Shown one piece after another: positions 26,292 to 37,525 of a stretch of DNA of 64,000 nt. The notes below the pieces were generated by a model. The model saw nothing but the letters and a program-made list of their open reading frames with translations. It had not been told where the DNA came from and did not search any database. This DNA comes from Elephas maximus (Eukaryota): the NCBI RefSeq assembly GCF_024166365.1, contig NC_064841.1, positions 46,311,680-46,375,679 on the forward strand, written 5' to 3'. Both the position numbers and the translations under genes were made by a program. Position 1 is the first letter of the stretch, and each line of letters opens with the position of its first letter.

Positions 26292-27574
26292 AAGAGAGGT
26301 GAGTAAAATAAATCATATAAAATGCTCGGTCCAGCTGGGCCAGCTCCCTGATAGATTTCCAAAAGAGAGACTAAAATAAGCTTTCAGGGCCATTCTTGAA
26401 ACATTTAAACACATAAATTTGGTAATATTGTAATTTCCTTTTATTATTGCTGGTTAGTTCATTAAATTAATTGATTCTGCTTCCATTTTATTTTAATGTG
26501 GCTAATTAATACACTGAGTAAAATTACAGTTAAATTTCATTAAAGATATCTATTAATATTTCATTATTTTACACATAAAAGCATTAAAAAATCTTGAAGT
26601 GCAATTTCACTTGATTCGGCCTTGACTGTAACTAAGGACTCTGTGAAGAGGAGACGTGGTGTCTATGGGTTGAAATCCCAATAGCTGCTTAGTGGTAGAG
26701 TCCCAGTCTTTACCCAGTTCAAGCCGTTGGCAGATAGATGGATATTGTCCTTCAGTTCTTCTCACCCATTCACTTGCTTTCTTTAGTCCCTCGATAGCCC
26801 AGGGAATATTCCTACATTAAAAAAATAAAAGCTTATATGGATTTCAGAATATAATTTCATATACAAAATGTAATGGGGTACCAAATCCAACATATTCAAA
26901 ATCAGGCAAAATGATTCTGTCAAAAATTAAACACCAAAATATTGCTTTAACAATAAAAACAATTCTCTTTGACATTTTATGAAAGTTCTTCTGTCAGCCT
27001 GGCTGGCACTGTGCTTTTAATTTATTCAATACATTCTCAAATATACTATATTGAAGTGGAAGTCCAATTTCCACTATACTTCACAGGCTTTGTTGCTGGC
27101 TCCAGAACCATTCAAGCTTCCTATAGCTTTTAGATATTTGTTTATTGCCACCCCTTTCCACTCTTCTCAATCTAAATTCTATCTATTCTTCAAGCACAAA
27201 CTCAAGTACCATTTTTCATACTAGGCTTTCATTTCTCTTTTCTGCTGTACCAGGAATTCTACTTGATTAGTTGGTTGTGGCCTATATTTATTTCTATCAT
27301 ATAAACCAGTAACAACTTACACATAAAATGTGGATAACATAAAACACAACTTTGAGTTTGTGTCCATAATACATTGATAAATATTCAAGACTGGCTATTT
27401 CCGTGATTTTATATAAATATTAATTTTCTACATCCTCATTTGTCTTGTCATCTTCTAGAAATTGTTAGCAAACAAGTGGTAACATACACCAAAGTTTTAA
27501 AGAAAATTCTATGGCAGGAAAAACTAAAATTTAGAAAATTCTATCTTCCTGACATTTTTTTTCCCCTTGTAAAC

Positions 27575-27830
27575 TGGGCAAGGGCCATTAGTAAAGCATG
27601 AGGGTGAAGAGCTGCGTTCAAATCCTGACTCTTCAAATATTACCTGTGTGATATTGTGTAACTTTCATTCAACATTGAATTCCTCAGATTCCTCAGTGTG
27701 AGATATTATAGGTTTGCTGTGAGGATAAAGAACTCATGCATTTAACATGTTTACCACTACTTGGCATAGAGTTGGCATTCAATAAATGTTAGCTGACTAT
27801 CATGTTGAGATGAACATGCTAAATAATAAG
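27575..27830 (+). mobile_element. MIR (mammalian-wide interspersed repeat) fragment
   Basis: aactgggcaagggccattagtaaagcat...cagtgtgagatattataggtttgctgtgaggataaagaactcatgcatttaacatgtttaccactacttggcatagagttggcattcaataaatgttagctga resembles the MIR core and 3' region. Confidence 0.55.
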
Positions 27831-27861
27831 CATGACCAGCGTAGTTAAAAGACCTATGTTC

Positions 27862-30009
27862 CAGACTTCTGGCCATCATGGCACCACAACATCCCTGCAC
27901 AGCAAAAACCCAAAAAACTGTGTAAAATAGAGACAAACGTCACTCCTGAAACCTGAAGTGTCAAATGAAGAGATAAAGAACTCAGCCAGCCACCGAATGG
28001 AATAAGAAGCTAACAGAGACAGAGAGCTAGGAGATATACGTGCAGAGGTTCCCTATCAGCTAATGCAGCACAGATCTGCCATGTTAGACTCCTGTCAGAG
28101 ATCAGTGGACAGGGAACATGGGAAAGCAGCTTCACAGAGCTCCCAGCAGGAGACAGAGCACCCAGTAACCAGCAATACATGCCTTCCCACCCCCATCCTC
28201 TCCCCACTATTCTATCTCTGCACTTCCTGGATGGCAGTAGTGGCTCTGCCAGCCGTGATGTGCAGTGTCCGTGCCGCTTGGATTCGCCTCACCTGCAATG
28301 GAGATCAGCGGACAGGGAGTACGGGAGAGGAGCTTCATGAAGTTCCCAGCAGGAGAGAACCCAGTAAATAGTGATATACGCTTTCCTAACCGCCACCCTT
28401 CTTCCCCCCAACCTTGGCCTCCTTTGCTTCCCGCTGGCTGCAGTCTCTTGGATGGGAGGCAACTGCTTCCACTCTGGGTGGGTTGGATTCACCCTACCCA
28501 CACTGGGTGGCTCACTAAGTGCCCTGTCTGTTCCTGACACTGCTTTCTTCCATTTCTTTTGGTTTCTTCCATGCCTTCCATCACCTCTGCCCTGCACCCC
28601 TTTCTCTCGAACACCTGGCTCTGTGTGCCATCTTTGCTTCTTCTTGAAAGGCTATAAAGCACTGCTCAATTGGGGAACCATGCCCCTGGCTGAAGACACC
28701 ATGCTGGTGGGATCACTAGGGCTTTTTTTTTCTTTTTTGCTTTGTTCTGTTCTATTTGCTTGTTTGTTTTCTTTTTCTTTTCACAGCTTGGGAGCCCCTT
28801 CTAGCCAGGCTGCACTGCACGACTTAGGAGCCACTTCCCCAGTCAGTGGGATTCCTGGGGGCATTTCTTTTTTCTTTCTTTTCCTCTTTCTGTTTTTTCC
28901 TGTCTGTCATTCATTTGTCAGTTCTTGTCTTTCTATACTTACCTTCTTTTCCTGTCTCCTGAATACCTGGCACTGTCGGAAATCTATACCTCCTAGCCAA
29001 GCTATATTGCACAGTCTGGGAGCCACACCCCTTTCTTTGCATCTGCACCAGTGGGACCCCTGCAAGCTTTTTTTCCCTTTCTGCTTTTCAAATTTTTATC
29101 TAGTTACTTGTTTTTGTCTTTTCTTCTTTTATTTTTCCATTTTGTTTTCCTCCATTTCTTAGTTTCTCACCTCTCCACTCCAATGGCAAGCTCCCTTAGC
29201 ACTCTTTTTTCTTGCTTGTTTCTTTTTGGCTTCTGTTTCTCTCTCACGCTCTCCTCTTTCCCATACACATATTAGTTCCGCACATCACAACCTCCCCCTG
29301 CCCTTCCTGCCTACCAGCACTGCGCCCTGAACATCACACCCCTGAGCAGCACAGTCACAGTCTACCGGAACCTGCCCAGTACTGATTCCCGCCCTGCCCC
29401 GTTAACCCTAGTACATGCCACAAACAACCCATCCCAGCCCCTCCCCTTCAGCTGGACCTGCCCTGCTGCACCACAGCTGAGCAACTGGACCTGTCCATTG
29501 GGCAAGGAGGTGAGAAGTATTGTGACAACAGACGAGCAAACAAAAAAGAATGCACAGCTCACCTGCTCAGACATAATGAAATAAAACAAAAAAGCAGGAT
29601 GAAACAAACAGGTCTACAATCAATAAACAAAGAAAATAACTACTGAATGTCCCAAAGACAGAGACAATATTAAAAAATATTTTAAAAAATTAAAAAAAAA
29701 AAACAGGACAGGATGGTTCCAGTAAAAAAAAAAAAAAATTGAGTAAAGGTTCCAGTAGGCATCCAAAATTAAATACCAGATGACTTTCTAGTAGAAGAAA
29801 AGGCACCAGAACTACCTGACAAGGAATTCAAATATCTAATACTCAGAGCTATTCAAGAGTTGAAGTAAAAAGCAGACAAAAATGAAGAAAAAATAGACAA
29901 ATTCATGGAAAAGACAGACCAAAAAATGAAAGGATTCAGGAAAACAATACAGGAACAATATGCCAAAATAAATTCACAACTAGAAACCATACAAAAACAA
30001 TTAGAAATC
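27862..30009 (+). mobile_element. L1 'type B': 5'UTR (two tandem monomers 28020-28400, then a pyrimidine-rich body) and first ~90 codons of ORF1 (from ~29745). It is interrupted by the young L1
   Basis: Collinear with the reverse complement of 11050-13280. ORF1 start ...PELPDKEFKYLILRAIQELK.KADKNEEKIDKFMEKTDQKMKGFRKTIQEQYAKINSQLETIQKQLEI| continues in the same frame at 37526. Confidence 0.8.
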
Positions 30010-30289
30010 TGGAGGCGGGGCCAAGATGGCGGACTAGGTGGACCCTACCGCGGATCCCTCTTGCAACAAAGACTTAGAAAAACAAGTGAATCGATCACAT
30101 ATATAACAATCTACGAACTCTGCACAACAAACACAGACTTAGAGACGGAGAACGAACAAATACGGGCAGACAGCGATCGTTTTCAGAACTAAGAGCCAGC
30201 GTACCAGGCAGGTGACCTTCGGAGCCCGGGCTGGGGCAGAGCCCAGGGGGACAGACGGCACAGACAAGGGGCCCAGCCCTACCCACCCC

Positions 30290-31090
30290 GAACCCATCCC
30301 GGGAGGAAGTCTAGCTGGTTGGCGTGGGCGGTGTAGCGGCGAAGCCGGTGGGAGAAACGCCCGGGAGGAAGTGACGGATCTTGGAGCGGAGAGAGCAGCG
30401 TCCCAGCCGGGGCGCCGTCCCGCTGGGAGTTTGGCGGGAGGCGGGCGAGACGCGAGCGTGGGGATCACCTATATTTCCCTAAAGCGACCCCGGGGGGGGA
30501 CGCCCAGACATTCGTGAGGGCCATGTCCACCCAGTTCGCGCGAGCGGTGCGGCGCACTGGAGGGAGAAATCCCCGGGAGGAAGTGACCGGTCTTGAAGCA
30601 GGGAGAGCAGCGTCCCAGCCAGGGAGCCGTCCCGCTGGGATTTTGCGAGAGCGGGCGGGGTGTGAGTGCATTCCCCTGAATAGGCCCCGGGGGCGAGCCC
30701 GGCTATTCATGAGGGCCACGCCCACCCAGTTCGCGCGAGCGGTGTGGCGTACCGGAGGGAGAAATCCCCGGGAGGAAGTGACGGGTCTCGGAGCGGGGAG
30801 AGCAGCGTCCCAGCTAGGGAGCCGTCCCGCTGGGATCTTGGCGAGAGCGGGCGGGGTGTGAGCACATTCCCCTGAATAGACCCCGGGGGCGTGCCCAGCT
30901 GTTCGTGAGGGCCACGCCCACTCAGTTCGCGCGAGCGGTGCGGCGCACCAGAGGGAGAAATCCCCGGGAGGAAGTGACTGATCTTGGAGCGGGGAGAGTA
31001 GCGTCCCAGCCGGGGAGCCATCCTGCCGGGATTCTGGCGGACGGGGGCAGGACGTGAACGCGGGGATCAGCTCTATATTCTGTGGTGCTA
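30290..31090 (+). promoter_or_regulatory. L1 5'UTR tandem CpG-rich monomer array (~4 copies of ~195-213 bp), a putative L1 promoter
   Basis: A repeating unit cccgggaggaagtgac(c/g)g(g/a)tcttg(g/a)agcggggagagcagcgtcccagc(c/t)(a)gggagccgtcccgctgggat.ttggcgagagcgggcggggtgtgag...gttcgtgagggccacgcccac.cagttcgcgcgagcggtg(c/t)ggcg.ac..gagggagaaat recurs at ~30362, 30573, 30768 and 30962. CpG density is very high. Confidence 0.7.
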
Positions 31091-31229
31091 CACGCCTAGC
31101 TTTCTGATTCCTCCCCACCCTCCCCAGGCGGCTCCATTAACATCCGAATACCCTGAGCCAGAAGGAGAATTCAGATAGGGATCCGACTGCATTTTTTTTA
31201 GCTGATTACCTGGAAAATCTAGTTTCCCA

Positions 31230-32292
31230 GTGATGGCTCAGAGACAGCAGTCCATATCAAACCACATAAAGAAACAGACCATGACAGCTTCTCCAACCCC
31301 CCAAACAAAAGAATCAAAATCTTTCCCAAATGAAGATACAATCCTGGAATTATCAGATACAGAATATAAAAAACTAATTTACAGAATGCTTAAAGATATC
31401 ACAAATGAAATTAGGATAACTGCAGAAAAAGCCAAGGAACACACTGATAAAACTGTTGAAGAACTCAAAAAGGTTATTCAAGAACATAGTGGAAAAATTA
31501 ATAAGTTGCAAGAATCCATAGAGAGACAGCATGTAGAAATCCAAAAGATTAACAATAAAATTACAGAATTAGACAACGCAATAGAAAGTCAGAGGAGCAG
31601 ACTCGAGCAATTAGAATGTAGACTGGGACTTCTGGAGGACCAGGGAATCAACACCAACATAGCTGAAAAAAAAATCAGATAAAAGAATTAAAAAAAATGA
31701 AGAAACCCTAAGAATCATGTGGGACTCTATCAAGAAGGATAACTTGCGAGTGATTGGAGTCCCAGAACAGGAAGGGGGGACAGAAAACACAGAGAAAATA
31801 GTTGAAGAACTCCTGACAGAAAACTTCCCTGACATCATGAAAGACAAAAGGATATCTATCCAAGATGCTCATCGAACCCCATTTAAGATTGATCCAAAAA
31901 GAAAAACACCAAGACATATTATCATCAAACTTGCCAAAACCAAAGACAAACAGAAAATTTTAAAAGCAGCCAGGGAGAAAAGAAAGGTCTCCTTCAAGGG
32001 AGAATCAATAAGAATAAGTTCAGACTACTCAGCAGAAACCATGCAAGCAAGAAGGGAATGGGATGACGTACACAGAGCACTGAAGGAGAAAAACTGCCAA
32101 CCAAGGATCATATATCCAGCAAAACTCTCTCTGAAATATGAAGGAGAAATTAAGATATTTACAGATAAACACAAGTTTAGAGAATTTGCAAAAACTAAAC
32201 CAAGACTGCAAGAAATGCTAAAGGAGATTGGCCTGATGACCAATAATATCAGGTACCAGCACAATACAAGGTCACAAAACAGAACGTCCTGA
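31230..32292 (+). pseudogene. L1 ORF1 with a single frameshift (segments 31230-31682 and 31717-32292)
   Basis: MMAQRQQSISNHIKK...coiled coil...IAEKKIR. then ...MWDSIKKDNLRVIGVPEQEGG...PRIIYPAKLSLKYEGEIKIFTDKHKFREFAKTKPRLQEMLKEI. Removing one A from the A9 run at 31661-31669 restores ...AEKKSDKRIKKNEETLRIMWDSIK. Confidence 0.8.
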
Positions 32293-32712
32293 TATCAACG
32301 CAACTCAAATAGGGAAAGCACAAAAACAAAGTAAGATTAATTCTAAAAAATAAATAAATAAACAAAATAGTACACATAACAGGAAATCATGGAAATCAAT
32401 AGATAAATGATCACAATAAAAAAAAAGAGGGACTAAACATAGGAGGCATGGAACTGCCAGATGGAGAGTTACACAAGGCGATATAGAAGGATACAAGTTA
32501 GGTTTTTACTTAGAAAAATAGGGGTAAATAATAAGGTAACCACAAAAAGGAATATCAACTCCATAACTCAAGAAAAACGTTAACGACTCAACAAACATAA
32601 AGTTAAACATTATGAAAATGAGGATCTCACAATCTACTAAGAAAAATGTCTCAGCACAAAAAAGTATGTGGAAAAATGAAAAGGCCAACAACACACATGA
32701 AAAGGCATCAAA

Positions 32713-35700
32713 ATGACAGCACTAAAAACTTATTTATCTATAATTACGCTGAATGTAAATGGACTAAATGCACCAATAAAGAGACAAAGAGTCACGGACT
32801 GGATAAAGAAACACGATCCATCTATATGCTGCCTACAAGAGACACACCTTAGACTTAGAGACAGAAACAAACTAAAACTCAAAGGATGGAAAAAAATATA
32901 TCAAGCAAACAATAAGCAAAAAAGAAGAGGAGTAGCAATATTAATTTCCGACAAAATAGACTTTAGACTTAAATCCGCCACAAAGGATAAAGAAGGACAC
33001 TATATAATGATAAAAGGGACAATTGATCAGGAAGATATAACCATATTGAATATTTACGCACCCAATGACAGGGCTACAAGATACATAAATCAAATTTTAA
33101 CAGAATTGAAAAGCGAGATAGACACCTCCACATTTATAGTAGGGGACTTCAACACACCACTTTTGAAGAAGGACAGGACATCCAGTAAGAAGCTCAATAG
33201 AGACACGGAAGACCTACTTACAACAATCAACCAACTTGACCTCATAGACTTATACAGAACTCTCCACCCAACTGCTGCAAAATATACTTTTTTTTCTAGT
33301 GCACATGGAACATTCTCTAGAATAGACCACATATTAGGTCATAAAACAAATCTTGGTAGAATTCAAAACATCGAAATATTAGAAAGCATCTTCTCAGACC
33401 ACAAGGCAATGAAGCCAGAAATCAATAACAGAAAAACTAGGGAAAAGAAATCAAATACTTGGAAAATGAACAATACCCTCCTGAAAAAAGACTGGGTTAT
33501 AGAAGACATCAAGGAGGGAATAAGGAAATTCTTAGAAAGCAACGAGAATGAAAAGACTTCCTATCAAAACCACAGCAAAAGCAGTGCTCAGAGGCCAATT
33601 TATATCGATAAATGCACACATACAAAAAGAAAGAGACAAAATCAGAGAACTGTCCCGACAACTTGAACAAATAGAAAGTGAGCAACAAAAGAACCCATCA
33701 GGCACCAGAAGAAAACAAATCATAAAAATTAGAGCTGAACTAAATGAATTAGAGAACAGAAAAACAATTGAAAAAATTAACAAAGCCAAAAGCTGGTTCT
33801 TTGAAAAAATTAACAAAATTGATAAACCATTGGCTAGACTGACTAAAGAAAAACAGGAAAGGAAACAAATAACCCGAATAAGAAACGAGAAGGACCACAT
33901 CACAACAGAGCCAAATGAAATTAAAAGAATCATTTCAGATTACTACGTAAAATTGTACTCTAACAAATTCGAAAACCTAGAAGAAATGGATAAATTCTTA
34001 GAAAAATACTACCTACCTAAACTAACACATTCAGAAGTAGAACAACTAAATAGACCCATAACAAAAAAAGAGATTGATACAGTAATCAAAAAACTTCCAA
34101 CAAAAAAAAGCCCTGGCCCGGACGGCTTCACTGCAGAGTTCTACCAAACCTTCAGAGAAGACTTAACACCACTACTACTGAAGGTATTTCAAAGCATAGA
34201 ACAAGAAGGAATACTACCCAACTCATTCTATGAAGCTACCATCTCCCTGATACCAAAACCAGGTAAAGACATTACAAAAAAAGAAAATTACAGACCTATA
34301 TCCCTCATGAACATAGATGCAAAAATCCTCAGCAAAATTCTAGCCAATAGAATCCAACAACACATCAAAAAAATAATTCACCCTGATCAAGTGGGATTTA
34401 TACCAGGTATGCAAGGCTGGTTTAATATCAGAAAAACCATTAATGTAATCCATCACATAAATAAAACAAAAGATAAAAACCACATGATGTTATCAACAGA
34501 TGCAGAAAAGGCATTTGACAAAGTTCAACACCCATTTATGATAAAAACTCTTACCAAAATAGGAATTGAAGGAAAATTCCTCAACATAATAAAGGGCTTT
34601 TTTTATGCAAAGCCAACAGCCAATATCACTCTAAATGGAGAGAACCTGAAAGCATTTCCCCTGAGAATGGGAACCAGACAAGGATGCCCTTTATCACCAC
34701 TCTTATTCAGCATCGTACTTGAAGTCCTAGCCAGGGCAATTAGGCTAGACAAAGAAATAAAGGGTATCCAGATTGGCAAGGAGGAAGTAAAGCTATCACT
34801 ATTTGCAGAGGACATGATCGTATACATGGAAAACCCTAAGGAATCCTCCAGAAAACTACTGAAACTAATAGAAGAGTTTGGAAGAGTCTCAGGTTATAAT
34901 ATAAACATACAAAAATCACTTGGATTCCTCTACATCAACAAAAAGAACACCGAAGAGGAAATAACCAAATGAATGCCATTCACAGTAGCCCCCAAGAAGA
35001 TAAAATACTTAAGAATAAATCTTACCAAGGATGTAAAAGACCTATACAAAGAAAACTATAAAACTCTGCTACAAGAAATTCAAAAGGACATACTTAAGTG
35101 GAAGAACATACCCTGCTCATGGATAGGAAGACTTAACATAGTAAAAATGTCTATTCTACCAAAAGCCATCTATACATATAACGCACTTCCAATCCAAATT
35201 CCAATGTCATATTTTAAGGGGATAGAGAAACAAATCACTAATTTCATATGGAAGGGAAAGAACCCCCGGATAAGTAAAGCATTACTGAAAAAGAAGAAGA
35301 AAGTGGGAGGCCTCACTCTACCTGATTTCAGAACCTATTATACAGCTACAGTAGTCAAAACAGCCTGGTACTGGTACAACAACAGGCACATAGACCAATG
35401 GAACAGAATTGAGAACCCAGATATAAATCCATCCATGTACGAGCAGCTGATATTTGACAAAGGACCAGTGTCAGTCAATTGGGGAAATGATAGTCTTTTT
35501 AACAAATGGTGCTGGCATAACTGGATATCCATTTGCAAAAGAATGAAACAGGACCCATACCTCACACCATGCACAAAAACTAACTCCAAGTGGATCAAAG
35601 ACCTAAACATAAAGACTAAAATGATAAAGATCATGGAAGAAAAAATAGGGACAACCCTAGGAGCCCTAATACAGGGCATAAACAGAATACAAAACATTAC

Positions 35701-36508
35701 CAAAAATGATGAAGAGAAACCAGGTAACTGGGAGCTCCTAAAAATCAAACACCTATGCTCATCTAAAGACTTCACCAAAAGAGTAAAAAGACCACCTACA
35801 GACTGGGAAAGAATATTCAGCTATGACATCTCAGACCAGCGCCTGATCTCTAAAATCTACATGATTCTGTCAAAACTCAACCACAAAAAGACAAGCAACC
35901 CAATCAAGAAGTGGGCAAAGGATATGAACCCAGAAGATATTCAGGCAGCCAACAGATACATGAGAAAATGCTCCCGATCATTAGCCATTAGAGAAATGCA
36001 AATTAAAACTACGATGAGATTCCATCTCACACCAACTAGACTGGTATTAATCCAAAAAACACAAAATAACAAATGTTGGAGAGGCTGCAGAGAGATTGGA
36101 ACTCTCATACACTGCTGGTGGGATTGTAAAATGGTACAACCACTTTAGAAATCCTTCTGGCATTATCTTAAACAGTTAGAAATAGAACTACCATACAACC
36201 CAGAAATCCCACTCCTCGGAATATACCCTAGAGATACAAAAGCCTTCACACAAACAGACATATGCACACCCATGTTTATTGCAGCTCTGTTTACAATAGC
36301 AAAAAGCTGGAAGCAACCAAGATGTCCGTCAACGGATGAATGGGTAAATAAATTGTGGTATATTCACACAATGGAATACTACGCATCGATAAAGAACAGT
36401 GACGAATCTCTGAAACATTTCATAACATGGAGGAATCTGGAAGACATTATGCTGAGCGAAATGAGTCAGAGGCAAAAGGACAAATATTGTATAAGACCAC
36501 TATTATAA
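32713..36508 (+). pseudogene. L1 ORF2 (endonuclease, reverse transcriptase, Cys-rich C-terminus) with three lesions
   Basis: The EN ORF 32713-33666 changes frame to the RT ORF 33548-34972 (overlap 33548-33666). There is an in-frame TGA at 34970-34972 (...[19 protein letters not shown]) and a TAG at 36146-36148 (...CKMVQPL*). Homology continues to 36508 (...KDKYCIRPLL*). Confidence 0.85.
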
Positions 36509-37525
36509 GATCTTGAGAAATAGAAAAAACGGAGAAGAACACATACTTTTGTGGTTACAAAGGGGGGAGGGAGGGAGGGAGGGAGAGGGTTTTTTATTGA
36601 TCAATCAGTAGATAAGAACTGGTTTGGGTGAAGGGAAAGACAACACGCAATACAAGGAAGGTCAGCCTAATTGGACTGGACTAAAAGCAAAGAGGTTTCC
36701 GGGATAAAATGAAAGCTTCAAAGGTCAGCGGAGCAGGGGCTGGGGTCTGGGGAACATGGTTTGAGGAGACTTCTAAGTCAACGGGCAAAATAATTCTATT
36801 ATGAAAACATTCCGCATCCCACTTTGAATTGTGGCGCCTGGGGTCGTAAATGCCAACAAGCGGCCATCTAAGATACATCAATTGGTCTCAACCCACCTGG
36901 AGCAAAGGCAAAGGAAGAACACCAAGGTCACACGACAACTAAGAACCCAAGAGACAGAAAGGGCCACATGAACCAGAGACCGACATTATCCTGAAACCAG
37001 AAGAACTAGTTGGTACCCGGCCACAATCGATGTCTGCCCTGCTAGGGAGCACAACAGACAACTCCTGAGGGAGCAGGAGGCCAATGGGATGCAGACCCCA
37101 AATTCTCATAAAAAGACCATACCTAATGATATGAATGTGACTAGAGGAATCCCAGAGACAATGCTCCCCAGAACTTCTGATGGCACAGGACGGGAACCAT
37201 CCCCGAAGACAACTCATCAGGCGTGAAAAGGACTGGTCAGCGGGGGGGAGAGAGATGCTGATGAAGAGTGAGCTAATTAAATCAGGTGGACACTGGAGAG
37301 TGTGTTGGCAACTCTTGACTGGAGGGGGGATGGGAAGATAGAGAGAGAGGGAAGATGGCAAAATTGGCACGAAACGAGAGACTGAAAGGGCTGAGTCAAT
37401 AGGGGGAGAGCAAGTGGGAGAAGGGAGTATGATGTATGTAAACCTACATGTGACAGACTGATTGGAATGGTAAATGTTCACTTGAAGCTTAATAAAAATT
37501 AATTAAAAAAAAAAAAATTAGAAAT

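Larger units (their letters stand above)
30010..37514 (+). mobile_element. Young full-length L1 (~7.5 kb) flanked by an 11-bp target-site duplication AATTAGAAATC (29999-30009 and 37515-37525)
   Basis: 5' end ggaggcggggccaagatggcggactagg directly follows ...caattagaaatct. The 3' end has AATAAA, then A13 followed by ttagaaatcc. It carries a complete set of 5'UTR, ORF1, 420-bp inter-ORF spacer, ORF2 and ~1 kb 3'UTR. Confidence 0.9.

Noticed and set aside
28371-29162. 263-aa plus-strand ORF, and the similar minus-strand ORFs at 11991-12657 (154-200 aa)
   Set aside because: They are translations of the pyrimidine-rich low-complexity body of the type B L1 5'UTR (FFFLFLFLFF..., SFFLSF...). There is no start context, and the same sequence occurs in antisense at the other copy.
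30465-31118. Long ORFs on both strands across the GC-rich region (minus 217 aa at 30465-31118, plus 115 aa at 30514-30861, minus 104 aa at 30707-31021)
   Set aside because: They lie entirely inside the tandem L1 5'UTR monomers. The peptides are repetitive (PAGRLPGWDAALPA...) and mirror each other on both strands. This is the expected artefact of stop-poor GC-rich repeats, not coding sequence.
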